A stretch of DNA of 64,000 nt, from assembly GCF_055900595.2 (NCBI RefSeq), contig NZ_CM148325.1. One strand, given 5' to 3'. Made by a program: the position numbers and the translations under genes. The notes beneath the pieces were generated by a model. That model searched no databases, was not told the DNA's origin, and saw only the letters and a program-made list of their open reading frames with translations. Shown in pieces: positions 43,801 through 54,456 of this stretch; the first letter of the stretch is position 1; each line of letters starts with the position of its first letter.

Positions 43801-45783
43801 GGTGAATTGCGCGTCATGGCACAAGCATGGACGGCAGATGATTTCGGTAGCAACGAAAGCAAAGTGGTTGTTGCCGCACCGGTGATAGCAGAACTGAATA
43901 TGCCGCGCTTTATGGCCAGCGGTGACACCTCACGTCTGACGCTGGATATCACTAATCTTACCGATAAACCGCAAAAACTGAACGTTGCTCTGACCGCCAG
44001 TGGCTTGCTTGAACTGGTTAGCGATTCACCCGCAGCCGTTGAATTAGCGCCGGGCGTGCGAACCACGCTGTTTATCCCGGTGCGAGCATTGCCGGGTTAT
44101 GGTGATGGTGAAATTCAGGCCACTATTAGCGGGTTAGCGTTACCGGGCGAAACCGTTGCCGATCAGCATAAGCAGTGGAAAATGGGTGTCCGTCCGGCAT
44201 TTCCGGCACAAACCGTCAATTACGGTACGGCGTTGCAGCCTGGTGAGACATGGGCGATTCCAGCTGATGGATTGCAAAACTTCTCGCCTGTTACGCTGGA
44301 AGGGCAATTGTTGTTGAGCGGCAAAGCACCGTTGAATATTGCACGTTATATCAAAGAGTTAAAAGCGTATCCGTACGGTTGTCTGGAGCAAACCGCCAGC
44401 GGCCTGTTCCCGTCACTTTACACCAACGCAGCCCAACTGCAGGCGTTGGGAATCAAAGGCGACAGTGATGAGAAGCGCCGTGCGGCAGTCGATATCGGCA
44501 TTTCTCGTTTACTGCAAATGCAACGTGATAACGGTGGCTTTGCGCTGTGGGATAAAAACGGTGATGAAGAGTACTGGCTGACGGCTTACGTGATGGATTT
44601 CCTGGTCCGCGCAGGTGAGCAGGGTTACAGCGTGCCGACAGAAGCCATTAACCGGGGGAATGAGCGTCTACTGCGCTATTTACAAGATCCGGGCATGATG
44701 TCGATTCCGTATGCGGATAATCTCAAAGCCAGTAAATTCGCCGTACAGTCTTACGCTGCGCTGGTGCTGGCCCGTCAGCAAAAGGCACCGCTGGGTGCGC
44801 TGCGTGAAATCTGGGAGCATCGTGCCGATGCTGCGTCTGGATTACCGCTGCTGCAACTTGGCGTTGCGCTGAAAACCATGGGCGATGCAACGCGTGGTGA
44901 AGAAGCGATTGTGCTGGCGCTGAAAACGCCGCGCAATAGTGATGAGCGGATATGGCTGGGTGATTACGGTAGTCCACTGCGCGACAACGCATTGATGCTC
45001 TCCTTGCTGGAAGAGAACAAATTGCTATCCGATGAGCAGTACCCTCTGCTGAACACACTTTCGCAGCAGGCGTTCGGTGAACGCTGGTTATCAACTCAGG
45101 AAAGTAACGCGCTGTTCCTGGCTGCCCGTACGATTCAGGATTTACCGGGCAAATGGCAGGCGCAAACGTCTTTCTCTGCTGAGCTGCTGACAGGTGAGAA
45201 AGCGCAAACCAGCAATCTGAATAGCGATCAACTTGCCACCTTACAGGTGACCAACAGTGGCGATCAGCCGTTATGGCTGCGTGTGGATGCCAGCGGTTAT
45301 CCGCAATCCGCCCCTTTACCGGCGAGCAATGTGCTGCAAATCGAGCGCCATATTCTTGGCACTGACGGTAAGAGCAAATCGCTGGATTCGTTACGTAGCG
45401 GCGATCTGGTACTGGTCTGGTTGCAGGTCAAAGCCAGTAACAGCGTGCCGGATGCTTTGGTCGTTGATTTACTGCCTGCTGGCCTGGAACTGGAAAACCA
45501 GAACCTGGCTAACGGCAGCGCCAGCCTGGAGCAAAGTGGTAGCGAAGTGCAAAACCTACTCAGTCAAATGCAACAAGCGAACATTAAGCATATTGAGTTT
45601 CGTGACGATCGCTTTGTGGCGGCGGTTGCCGTTGATGAATATCAACCAGTCACGCTGGTGTATCTGGCGCGGGCGGTAACGCCGGGAACATACAATGTTC
45701 CGCAACCAATGGTGGAATCGATGTATGTTCCCCACTGGCGGGCGACTGGCGCGGCTGAAGATCTGTTGATTGTCAGACCGTAA
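40822..45783 (+). CDS. yfhM: alpha-2-macroglobulin family lipoprotein
   Basis: 1653 aa; lipobox LALAGC; thioester motif CLEQ at about aa 1187. Confidence 0.93.
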   Translation: MKKLRVAACMLMLALAGCDNNDNAPTAVKKDAPSEVTKAASSENASSAKLSAPERQKLAQQSAGKALTLLDLSEVQLDGAATLVLTFSIPLDPDQDFSRVIHVVDKKSGKVDGAWELSDNLKELRLRHLEPKRDLIVTIGKEVKALNNATFSKDYEKTITTRDIQPSVGFASRGSLLPGKVIEGLPVMALNVNNVDVNFFRVKPESLPAFISQWEYRNSLANWQSDKLLQMADLVYTGRFDLNPARNTREKLLLPLGDIKPLQQAGVYLAVMNQAGRYDYSNPATLFTLSDIGVSAHRYHNRLDIFTQSLGNGAAQQGVEVSLLNEKGQTLTQATSDAQGHVQLENDKNAALLLARKDGQTTLLDLKLPALDLAEFNIAGAPGYNKQFFMFGPRDLYRPGETVILNGLLRDADGKALPDQPIKLDVIKPDGQVLRSVVSQPENGLYHFTWPLDSNAATGMWHIRANTGDNQYRMWDFHVEDFMPERMALNLTGEKTPLTPKDEVKFSVVGYYLYGAPANGNTLQGQLFLRPLREAVSALPGFEFGDIAAENLSRTLDEVQLTLDDKGRGEVSTESQWKETHSPLQVIFQGSLLESGGRPVTRRAEQAIWPADALPGIRPQFASKSVYDYRTDSTVKQPIVDEGSNAAFDIVYSDAQGVKKAVSGLQVRLIRERRDYYWNWSEDEGWQSQFDQKDLIENEQTLDLQADETGKVSFPVEWGAYRLEVKAPNEAVSSVRFWAGYSWQDNSDGSGAVRPDRVTLKLDKASYRPGDTIKLHIAAPTAGKGYAMVESSEGPLWWQEIDVPAQGLDLTIPVDKTWNRHDLYLSTLVVRPGDKSRSATPKRAVGVLHLPLGDENRRLDLALETPAKIRPNQPLTVKIKASNKNGEMPKQVNVLVSAVDSGVLNITDYVTPDPWQAFFGQKRYGADIYDIYGQVIEGQGRLAALRFGGDGDELKRGGKPPVNHVNIVAQQALPVTLNEQGEGTVTLPIGDFNGELRVMAQAWTADDFGSNESKVVVAAPVIAELNMPRFMASGDTSRLTLDITNLTDKPQKLNVALTASGLLELVSDSPAAVELAPGVRTTLFIPVRALPGYGDGEIQATISGLALPGETVADQHKQWKMGVRPAFPAQTVNYGTALQPGETWAIPADGLQNFSPVTLEGQLLLSGKAPLNIARYIKELKAYPYGCLEQTASGLFPSLYTNAAQLQALGIKGDSDEKRRAAVDIGISRLLQMQRDNGGFALWDKNGDEEYWLTAYVMDFLVRAGEQGYSVPTEAINRGNERLLRYLQDPGMMSIPYADNLKASKFAVQSYAALVLARQQKAPLGALREIWEHRADAASGLPLLQLGVALKTMGDATRGEEAIVLALKTPRNSDERIWLGDYGSPLRDNALMLSLLEENKLLSDEQYPLLNTLSQQAFGERWLSTQESNALFLAARTIQDLPGKWQAQTSFSAELLTGEKAQTSNLNSDQLATLQVTNSGDQPLWLRVDASGYPQSAPLPASNVLQIERHILGTDGKSKSLDSLRSGDLVLVWLQVKASNSVPDALVVDLLPAGLELENQNLANGSASLEQSGSEVQNLLSQMQQANIKHIEFRDDRFVAAVAVDEYQPVTLVYLARAVTPGTYNVPQPMVESMYVPHWRATGAAEDLLIVRP

Positions 45784-48096
45784 ATGCCTCGCCTGTTAAC
45801 CAAACGCGGCTGCTGGATAGCGCTGGCAGCTGCGCCTTTTCTCCTTTTTTTTGCCGCGTGGGGAGCAGATAAACTCTGGCCCCTGCCATTGCATGAAGTC
45901 AATCCCGCACGCGTAGTCGTGGCGCAGGATGGTACGCCACTCTGGCGTTTCGCCGATGCTGAGGGCATCTGGCGCTATCCGGTAACCATCGAAGATGTCT
46001 CTCCGCGTTACCTTGAAGCACTGATCAATTATGAAGATCGCTGGTTCTGGAAGCATCCGGGGGTGAATCCATTCTCGGTGGCGCGCGCAGCATGGCAAGA
46101 TCTCACTTCGGGACGGGTTATTTCCGGCGGCAGCACACTCACCATGCAGGTTGCTCGTCTGCTTGATCCTCACCCCAAAACTTTTGGCGGCAAAATTCGC
46201 CAGCTCTGGCGCGCGTTTCAACTGGAATGGCACTTGTCTAAACGTGACATTCTGACCTTGTATCTTAATCGCGCTCCGTTTGGTGGTACGTTGCAGGGGA
46301 TCGGTGCGGCAAGCTGGGCATATCTCGGAAAATCGCCTGCGAATTTAAGCTATTCCGAGGCGGCAATGCTGGCGGTGTTACCACAAGCGCCCAGCCGACT
46401 GCGTCCGGATCGCTGGCCGGAACGAGCCGAGGCCGCACGTAATAAAGTGCTCAATCGGATGGCTGCGCAAGGTGTGTGGTCCCGTGAGCAGGTAAAAGAA
46501 TCTAGTGAAGAGCCCATCTGGTTGGCACCCAGACAAATGCCGCAACTGGCACCGCTGTTTTCGCGCATGATGCTCGGTAAAAGCAAAAGCGACAAAATCG
46601 TTACTACGCTGGATGCTGGTTTACAGCGTCGTCTGGAAGAACTGGCGCAAAACTGGAAAGGACGATTGCCACCGCGCAGTTCGTTGGCAATGATCGTTGT
46701 TGATCATACTGATATGAGTGTGCGCGGCTGGGTAGGATCGGTTGATCTTAATGATGATTCCCGCTTTGGGCATGTCGATATGGTCAATGCGATCCGATCG
46801 CCGGGATCGGTACTCAAACCGTTTGTTTATGGTCTGGCGCTGGATGAAGGCTTGATCCACCCTGCATCGCTGTTGCAAGACGTTCCCCGGCGCACTGGTG
46901 ATTATCGACCAGGCAACTTTGACAGCGGTTTTCATGGCCCGATCAGCATGAGCGAGGCGCTGGTGCGCTCTCTGAATTTACCTGCTGTGCAGGTGCTGGA
47001 AGCCTATGGGCCGAAACGGTTTGCGGCAAAGTTACGCAATGTTGGATTGCCGTTATATCTGCCCAACGGCGCTGCACCGAATCTTTCGCTCATTCTCGGC
47101 GGCGCAGGTGCAAAACTGGAGGATATGGCTGCAGCGTATACCGCATTTGCTCGCCACGGTAAGGCGGGTAAGTTGCGCTTACAGCCGGGGGACCCATTAC
47201 TTGAGCGACCGTTAATGTCGCCGGGGGCCGCGTGGATTATCCGCCGTATTATGGCAGATGAAGCGCAGCCGCTTCCGGATGGCGCTTTGCCACGCGTCGT
47301 ACCACTGGCGTGGAAAACAGGAACCAGTTATGGCTATCGCGATGCATGGGCTATTGGCGTTAACGCTCGTTACGTAATTGGGATCTGGACTGGCAGACCG
47401 GACGGTACGCCCGTTGTCGGTCAGTTTGGCTTTGCCAGCGCCGTACCGCTGTTGAATCAGGTCAATAATATCTTACTGTCGCGCAGTGCGAATCTGCCGG
47501 AAGACCCGCGTCCTGATTCTGTAAGCCGTGGCGTTATCTGCTGGCCGGGTGGGCAATCATTGCCAGAAGGCGATAGCAATTGCCGCCGTCGTCTTGCCAC
47601 CTGGCTGCTCGAAGATAGCCAGCCACCAACATTACTTTTACCGGAGCAAGAAGGAATAAGTGGGATTCGTTTCCCCATCTGGCTTGATGAGCAAGGTAAA
47701 CGTGTTGCTGCTGATTGTCCTCAGGCTCGACAAGAAATGATTAATGTCTGGCCATTACCACTTGAACCCTGGCTACCTGCTGCTGAACGACGAGTAGCGC
47801 GCTTACCTGGAGCATCAACAAATTGCCCGCCCTATGGTCGCGATGCTCAGGTACCTTTACAGTTGATTGGTGTGCGTGATGGCGTAATTATCAAACGTCT
47901 GCCAGGAGCTACTGATGCGTCATTACCAGTACAATTAAGCGGAGGAACAGGCGAACGCTGGTGGTTTCTTAATGGTGAACCGTTAGCTGAACGCGGGCGT
48001 AACGTGACTCTGCATTTGACAGAGAAAGGCGATTATCAATTGCTGGTAATGGACGAAATGGGGCAGGTGGCGACAGTGAGATTTGTCATGCAGTAG
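45784..48096 (+). CDS. pbpC: penicillin-binding protein 1C (transglycosylase/transpeptidase)
   Basis: 770 aa; start codon immediately follows the yfhM stop; glycosyltransferase motif EDRWFWKHPG; SxxK motif SVLK. Confidence 0.93.
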   Translation: MPRLLTKRGCWIALAAAPFLLFFAAWGADKLWPLPLHEVNPARVVVAQDGTPLWRFADAEGIWRYPVTIEDVSPRYLEALINYEDRWFWKHPGVNPFSVARAAWQDLTSGRVISGGSTLTMQVARLLDPHPKTFGGKIRQLWRAFQLEWHLSKRDILTLYLNRAPFGGTLQGIGAASWAYLGKSPANLSYSEAAMLAVLPQAPSRLRPDRWPERAEAARNKVLNRMAAQGVWSREQVKESSEEPIWLAPRQMPQLAPLFSRMMLGKSKSDKIVTTLDAGLQRRLEELAQNWKGRLPPRSSLAMIVVDHTDMSVRGWVGSVDLNDDSRFGHVDMVNAIRSPGSVLKPFVYGLALDEGLIHPASLLQDVPRRTGDYRPGNFDSGFHGPISMSEALVRSLNLPAVQVLEAYGPKRFAAKLRNVGLPLYLPNGAAPNLSLILGGAGAKLEDMAAAYTAFARHGKAGKLRLQPGDPLLERPLMSPGAAWIIRRIMADEAQPLPDGALPRVVPLAWKTGTSYGYRDAWAIGVNARYVIGIWTGRPDGTPVVGQFGFASAVPLLNQVNNILLSRSANLPEDPRPDSVSRGVICWPGGQSLPEGDSNCRRRLATWLLEDSQPPTLLLPEQEGISGIRFPIWLDEQGKRVAADCPQARQEMINVWPLPLEPWLPAAERRVARLPGASTNCPPYGRDAQVPLQLIGVRDGVIIKRLPGATDASLPVQLSGGTGERWWFLNGEPLAERGRNVTLHLTEKGDYQLLVMDEMGQVATVRFVMQ

Positions 48097-48244
48097 TCTG
48101 TTTTGCTCATATTTGTTGCTTAAACTCGTTTTATTTTAAAAAAATGTTACCTTCATCAATAGTCAACGGCCCTGTTGCTCATTATAATCCGCGCCATCTC
48201 GTACGCTGGTACAGACAACAACAGAATAATTTACAGAGGTAAAA

Positions 48245-48676
48245 ATGGCTATTGAACGTACTTTTTCCATCATCAAACCGAACGCGGTAGCAAAAAACGT
48301 CATTGGCAATATCTTTGCGCGCTTTGAAGCTGCAGGGTTCAAAATTGTCGGCACCAAAATGCTGCACCTGACCGTTGAACAGGCTCGTGGCTTTTATGCT
48401 GAACACGATGGAAAACCGTTCTTTGATGGTCTGGTTGAATTCATGACCTCTGGCCCGATCGTGGTTTCCGTGCTGGAAGGTGAAAACGCCGTTCAGCGTC
48501 ACCGCGATCTGCTGGGCGCGACCAATCCGGCAAACGCACTGGCTGGTACTCTGCGTGCTGATTACGCTGACAGCCTGACCGAAAACGGTACTCACGGTTC
48601 TGATTCCGTCGAATCTGCCGCTCGCGAAATCGCTTATTTCTTCGGCGAAGGTGAAGTGTGCTCGCGCACGCGTTAA
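48245..48676 (+). CDS. ndk: nucleoside diphosphate kinase
   Basis: 143 aa; active-site NGTHGSDS. Confidence 0.96.
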   Translation: MAIERTFSIIKPNAVAKNVIGNIFARFEAAGFKIVGTKMLHLTVEQARGFYAEHDGKPFFDGLVEFMTSGPIVVSVLEGENAVQRHRDLLGATNPANALAGTLRADYADSLTENGTHGSDSVESAAREIAYFFGEGEVCSRTR

Positions 48677-48737
48677 TAATTTCGTAAATGCCGCGTGCAA
48701 ACGTGGCATCCATGCGCCAGAATTTGTACAATGCAGC

Positions 48738-48778
48738 GCCCCCGGACGAGCAGCCGCTCACCGGGGCGTTTCTTTTTT
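48738..48778 (+). terminator. ndk rho-independent terminator
   Basis: ccccggacgagc-agcc-gctcaccgggg followed by a T-rich tail. Confidence 0.7.
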
Positions 48779-48825
48779 CAACCCTCCAGGGGCCATAACG
48801 TGTAATAACGAGGCCGGAATAGCAT

Positions 48826-49980
48826 ATGTCTGAACAATTAGTCACACCTGAAAACGTCACCACGAAAGATGGAAAAATCAACCTGCTGGATCTCAACCGT
48901 CAGCAGATGCGGGAGTTTTTTAAAGATTTAGGTGAAAAACCCTTCCGCGCCGATCAGGTGATGAAGTGGATGTATCACTATTGCTGCGACAACTTTGATG
49001 AGATGACCGACATCAACAAAGTGTTGCGCGGCAAACTAAAAGAGGTGGCGGAAATCCGCGCACCGGAAGTGGTTGAAGAACAGCGTTCATCTGACGGCAC
49101 CATTAAATGGGCGATTGCCGTTGGCGATCAGCGCGTTGAAACGGTGTATATCCCGGAAGACGACCGTGCCACGCTTTGCGTTTCCTCGCAGGTGGGGTGT
49201 GCGCTGGAGTGTAAATTCTGTTCCACCGCCCAGCAGGGCTTTAACCGCAATCTGCGGGTGTCGGAAATTATCGGCCAGGTGTGGCGTGCAGCGAAAATCG
49301 TTGGCGCAGCAAAAGTCACCGGTCAGCGCCCAATCACTAACGTAGTGATGATGGGTATGGGCGAGCCGCTGCTCAACCTGAACAACGTCGTTCCGGCGAT
49401 GGAAATCATGCTCGATGATTTCGGTTTTGGTCTGTCTAAACGTCGCGTTACGCTCTCTACATCAGGCGTTGTTCCGGCGCTGGATAAACTGGGCGATATG
49501 ATCGACGTAGCGCTGGCAATTTCCCTGCACGCGCCGAACGACGAAATTCGTGACGAAATTGTGCCGATCAACAAAAAGTACAATATCGAAACGTTCCTTG
49601 CTGCGGTGCGCCGCTATCTGGAGAAATCTAACGCCAATCAGGGCCGAGTCACTATTGAATACGTGATGCTTGATCACGTTAACGACGGCACTGAACACGC
49701 GCACCAACTGGCGGAGCTGCTGAAAGATACGCCGTGTAAGATCAACCTGATCCCGTGGAACCCGTTCCCTGGCGCGCCGTATGGACGCAGCTCAAACAGT
49801 CGTATCGACCGTTTCTCAAAAGTGCTGATGAGCTACGGTTTCACCACTATTGTGCGTAAAACTCGTGGTGATGATATCGATGCTGCCTGTGGTCAGTTGG
49901 CGGGCGATGTTATCGACCGTACGAAACGTACCCTGCGTAAACGAATGCAGGGTGAGGCCATCGACATTAAAGCGGTCTGA
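48826..49980 (+). CDS. rlmN: radical-SAM rRNA/tRNA adenine-C2 methyltransferase
   Basis: 384 aa; CALECKFC radical-SAM cluster motif. Confidence 0.95.
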
Positions 49981-49985
49981 TAGCC

Positions 49986-50028
49986 ATTACGCCACGGTTA
50001 CTTTATGTACCGTGGCGTAATCTTTTAT
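49986..50028 (+). terminator. rlmN rho-independent terminator
   Basis: 13-bp stem attacgccacggt/accgtggcgtaat followed by cttttat. Confidence 0.75.
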
Positions 50029-50264
50029 GAATGAAGTATTAAGTTGCAATTGTCTGGTCAATATTAACGGTGCGTTTTTGCTGACTTTAAGGCAGTATGT
50101 AACGATGCAACAGTAAGTTAGCCTTAGTGAATGTGGGCTTTGTCACGAGCACACAGACGGTCTTATACTGTATGATAACGGTTAACTTAACGGATGTTTC
50201 GCGGTGTGGGTGAGCATGATGGTTCACCGGCATCTCAATTCTCATTTAAACGTACCTGCAGCGA

Positions 50265-51278
50265 ATGAATACTGAAGCCACGCACGACCAAAATGAAGCA
50301 CTTACTACCGGCGCTCGCCTGCGTAATGCTCGCGAACAACTAGGACTTAGTCAGCAGGCCGTTGCTGAGCGACTTTGCCTGAAGGTTTCCACGGTACGCG
50401 ACATTGAAGAAGATAAGGCACCTGCCGATCTTGCTTCAACATTCCTGCGCGGATATATCCGCTCTTATGCGCGTCTGGTACATATTCCAGAAGAAGAACT
50501 GCTACCGGGGCTGGAAAAACAGGCTCCACTACGAGCTGCAAAAGTTGCGCCGATGCAGAGTTTTTCCCTCGGTAAACGCCGCAAAAAACGTGACGGCTGG
50601 CTGATGACCTTCACCTGGCTGGTGTTGTTTGTGGTTATTGGCCTGAGCGGTGCCTGGTGGTGGCAAGACCACAAAGCTCAGCAGGAAGAGATCACTACTA
50701 TGGCCGATCAATCTTCTGCGGAACTGAGCAGTAATAACGAACAGGGGCAGAGTGTTCCGTTAGATACGTCGACAACCACAGACCCGACTACGACGTCCAC
50801 GCCGCCAGCGTCTGTGGATACTACCGCAACTAACACGCAAACACCTGCCATAACTTCGCCAGCACCAGCTGTTGATTCACAACAGAATGCAGTTGTTTCA
50901 CCTTCGCAGGCAAATGTTGATACCGCTGCGACCCCGGCACCAACGGCAACAACAACGCCAGATGGTGCTGCGCCGTTGCCAACCGATCAGGCTGGCGTGA
51001 CCACGCCGGCGGCTGACCCGAATGCGCTGGTGATGAACTTTACTGCCGATTGCTGGCTGGAAGTCACTGATGCTACCGGTAAAAAACTGTTTAGCGGTAT
51101 GCAGCGTAAAGACGGTAATTTGAACTTAACCGGCCAGGCTCCGTATAAACTGAAAATTGGTGCGCCAGCCGCAGTACAGATCCAGTATCAAGGGAAACCT
51201 GTCGATCTGAGTCGTTTTATCAGAACTAACCAGGTTGCGCGTCTGACCCTAAATGCCGAACAATCACCGGCGCAGTAA
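50265..51278 (+). CDS. rodZ: cytoskeleton protein RodZ
   Basis: 337 aa; N-terminal HTH, one transmembrane helix, Thr/Pro/Ala-rich periplasmic linker, C-terminal domain. Confidence 0.93.
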   Translation: MNTEATHDQNEALTTGARLRNAREQLGLSQQAVAERLCLKVSTVRDIEEDKAPADLASTFLRGYIRSYARLVHIPEEELLPGLEKQAPLRAAKVAPMQSFSLGKRRKKRDGWLMTFTWLVLFVVIGLSGAWWWQDHKAQQEEITTMADQSSAELSSNNEQGQSVPLDTSTTTDPTTTSTPPASVDTTATNTQTPAITSPAPAVDSQQNAVVSPSQANVDTAATPAPTATTTPDGAAPLPTDQAGVTTPAADPNALVMNFTADCWLEVTDATGKKLFSGMQRKDGNLNLTGQAPYKLKIGAPAAVQIQYQGKPVDLSRFIRTNQVARLTLNAEQSPAQ

Positions 51279-51304
51279 CAGACGGGTAACGCGGGAGATT
51301 TTTC

Positions 51305-52423
51305 ATGCATAACCAGGCTCCAATTCAACGTAGAAAATCAACACGTATTTACGTTGGGAATGTGCCGATTGGCGATGGTGCCCCCATCGCCGTACAGTCC
51401 ATGACCAATACGCGTACGACAGACGTCGAAGCTACGGTCAATCAAATTAAGGCGCTGGAACGTGTTGGCGCTGATATCGTCCGTGTCTCCGTACCGACGA
51501 TGGACGCGGCAGAAGCGTTCAAGCTCATCAAACAACAGGTTAACGTACCGCTGGTGGCTGATATCCACTTTGACTATCGCATTGCGCTGAAAGTAGCGGA
51601 ATACGGGGTCGATTGTTTGCGTATTAACCCTGGCAATATCGGTAATGAAGAGCGTATTCGCATGGTGGTTGACTGCGCGCGCGATAAAAACATTCCGATC
51701 CGTATTGGCGTTAACGCTGGATCGCTGGAAAAAGATCTGCAAGAAAAGTATGGCGAACCGACGCCGCAGGCGTTGCTGGAATCTGCCATGCGTCATGTTG
51801 ATCATCTCGATCGCCTGAACTTCGATCAGTTCAAAGTCAGCGTGAAAGCGTCTGACGTCTTCCTCGCTGTTGAGTCTTATCGTTTGCTGGCAAAACAGAT
51901 CGATCAACCGCTGCATCTTGGGATCACCGAAGCGGGCGGCGCACGTAGTGGGGCAGTAAAATCTGCCATTGGTTTAGGCCTGCTGCTGTCTGAAGGCATC
52001 GGCGACACGCTGCGCGTATCGCTGGCGGCCGATCCGGTCGAAGAGATCAAAGTCGGTTTCGATATTTTGAAATCGCTGCGTATCCGTTCGCGCGGGATCA
52101 ACTTCATCGCCTGCCCGACCTGTTCGCGTCAGGAGTTTGACGTTATCGGTACGGTTAACGCCCTGGAGCAACGCCTGGAAGATATCATCACTCCGATGGA
52201 CGTTTCGATTATCGGCTGCGTGGTGAATGGACCAGGTGAGGCGCTGGTTTCTACACTCGGCGTCACCGGCGGCAACAAGAAAAGCGGCCTCTATGAAGAT
52301 GGCGTGCGCAAAGACCGTCTGGACAACAACGATATGATCGACCAGCTGGAAGCGCGCATTCGTGCGAAAGCCAGCCAACTGGATGAAGCGCGTCGAATTG
52401 ACATTCAGCAGGTTGAAAAATAA
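51305..52423 (+). CDS. ispG: 4-hydroxy-3-methylbut-2-enyl diphosphate synthase (flavodoxin)
   Basis: 372 aa; C-terminal [4Fe-4S] Cys motif CPTCSR...C. Confidence 0.95.
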   Translation: MHNQAPIQRRKSTRIYVGNVPIGDGAPIAVQSMTNTRTTDVEATVNQIKALERVGADIVRVSVPTMDAAEAFKLIKQQVNVPLVADIHFDYRIALKVAEYGVDCLRINPGNIGNEERIRMVVDCARDKNIPIRIGVNAGSLEKDLQEKYGEPTPQALLESAMRHVDHLDRLNFDQFKVSVKASDVFLAVESYRLLAKQIDQPLHLGITEAGGARSGAVKSAIGLGLLLSEGIGDTLRVSLAADPVEEIKVGFDILKSLRIRSRGINFIACPTCSRQEFDVIGTVNALEQRLEDIITPMDVSIIGCVVNGPGEALVSTLGVTGGNKKSGLYEDGVRKDRLDNNDMIDQLEARIRAKASQLDEARRIDIQQVEK

Positions 52424-52533
52424 TAACGTGATGGGAAGCGCCTCGCTTCCCGTGTATGATTGAACCCGCATGGCTCCCGAAATATTGAGGGGCGCGTTGA
52501 GGGTTCATTTTTATATTCAGAAAGAGAATAAAC

Positions 52534-53808
52534 GTGGCAAAAAACATTCAAGCCATTCGCGGCATGAACGATTACCTGCCTGGCGAAACGGCCATCTGGC
52601 AGCGCATTGAAGGCACACTGAAAAACGTGCTCGGCAGCTACGGTTACAGTGAAATCCGCTTGCCGATTGTAGAGCAGACCCCGCTATTCAAACGTGCGAT
52701 TGGTGAAGTCACCGACGTGGTTGAAAAAGAGATGTACACCTTTGAGGATCGCAATGGCGACAGCCTGACTCTGCGCCCTGAAGGGACGGCGGGCTGTGTA
52801 CGCGCCGGCATCGAGCATGGTCTTCTGTACAATCAGGAACAGCGTCTATGGTATATCGGGCCGATGTTCCGTCACGAGCGTCCGCAGAAAGGGCGTTATC
52901 GTCAGTTCCACCAGTTGGGCTGCGAAGTTTTCGGTCTACAAGGTCCTGATATCGACGCTGAACTGATTATGCTCACCGCCCGCTGGTGGCGTGCGCTGGG
53001 TATCTCTGAACACGTAACTCTTGAGCTGAACTCTATCGGTTCGCTGGAAGCACGCGCCAATTATCGCGATGCGCTGGTTGCATTCCTTGAGCAGCATAAA
53101 GAAAAGCTGGACGAAGACTGCAAACGCCGCATGTACACTAACCCGCTGCGCGTGCTGGATTCCAAAAATCCGGAAGTGCAGGCCCTTCTCAACGACGCCC
53201 CAGCATTAGGTGACTATCTTGACGAGGAATCTCGTGAGCACTTTGCTGGTCTGTGCAAACTGCTGGAGAGCGCGGGTATCGCTTACACCGTAAACCAGCG
53301 TCTGGTGCGTGGTCTGGATTACTATAACCGTACTGTTTTTGAGTGGGTGACTAACAGCCTCGGTTCCCAGGGCACCGTGTGCGCAGGCGGTCGTTATGAC
53401 GGTCTGGTGGAACAACTGGGTGGTCGTGCAACACCGGCAGTCGGTTTCGCGATGGGCCTCGAACGTCTTGTATTGTTAGTTCAGGCCGTTAATCCGGAAT
53501 TTAAAGCCGATCCTGTTGTCGATATATATCTGGTGGCTTCAGGTGCTGACACACAATCTGCGGCTATGGCATTAGCAGAGCGTTTGCGTGATGAATTACC
53601 GGGCGTGAAACTGATGACCAACCACGGCGGCGGCAACTTTAAGAAGCAGTTTGCCCGTGCTGATAAATGGGGCGCCCGCGTTGCTGTGGTGCTGGGTGAG
53701 TCTGAAGTGGCTAACGGCACAGCAGTAGTGAAGGATTTGCGCTCTGGTGAGCAAACGGCAGTTGCGCAGGATAGCGTAGCCGCGCATTTGCGCACGTTAC
53801 TGGGTTAA
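52534..53808 (+). CDS. hisS: histidine--tRNA ligase
   Basis: 424 aa from a GTG start; class II aminoacyl-tRNA synthetase motifs. Confidence 0.95.
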
Positions 53809-53825
53809 GGAAGGAGAAGGACAGC

Positions 53826-54446
53826 GTGGAAATTTACGAGAACGAAAACGACCAGGTTGAAGCGGTTAAACGCTTTTTTGCTGAAAATGGCAAAGCACTG
53901 GCTGTTGGGGTGATTTTGGGCGTTGGCGCATTGATTGGCTGGCGCTACTGGAACAGCCATCAGGTTGATTCTACACGCTCCGCTTCTCTTGCCTATCAAA
54001 ATGCGGTTACCGCAGTGAGCGAAGGCAAACCGGATAGCATCCCGGCGGCGGAAAAATTTGCTGCTGAAAATAAAAATACCTATGGTGCGCTGGCTTCTTT
54101 GGAACTTGCGCAGCAATTTGTTGACAAAAATGAACTAGAGAAAGCTGCCACCCAGTTACAACAGGGATTGGCGGACACGAGCGATGAAAATCTCAAAGCC
54201 GTGATAAATCTGCGTCTTGCTCGCGTTCAGGTTCAGCTCAAGCAGGCTGATGCCGCGCTGAAAACCCTTGATACCATCAAAGGTGAAGGGTGGGCTGCCA
54301 TTGTTGCCGACCTGCGTGGTGAAGCATTGCTGAGCAAAGGTGATAAGCAAGGTGCGCGTAGTGCATGGGAAGCAGGCGTGAAAAGCGATGTTACCCCGGC
54401 ACTGAGCGAAATGATGCAGATGAAAATTAATAATTTGTCCATCTGA
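53826..54446 (+). CDS. yfgM: membrane-anchored periplasmic TPR protein YfgM
   Basis: 206 aa from a GTG start; one N-terminal transmembrane helix. Confidence 0.9.
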   Translation: MEIYENENDQVEAVKRFFAENGKALAVGVILGVGALIGWRYWNSHQVDSTRSASLAYQNAVTAVSEGKPDSIPAAEKFAAENKNTYGALASLELAQQFVDKNELEKAATQLQQGLADTSDENLKAVINLRLARVQVQLKQADAALKTLDTIKGEGWAAIVADLRGEALLSKGDKQGARSAWEAGVKSDVTPALSEMMQMKINNLSI

Positions 54447-54456
54447 GAGGGACCCG

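Noticed and set aside
50700-51010. Thr/Pro/Ala/Ser-rich low-complexity stretch in rodZ
   Set aside because: The known disordered periplasmic linker of RodZ; not a DNA repeat or a mobile element.
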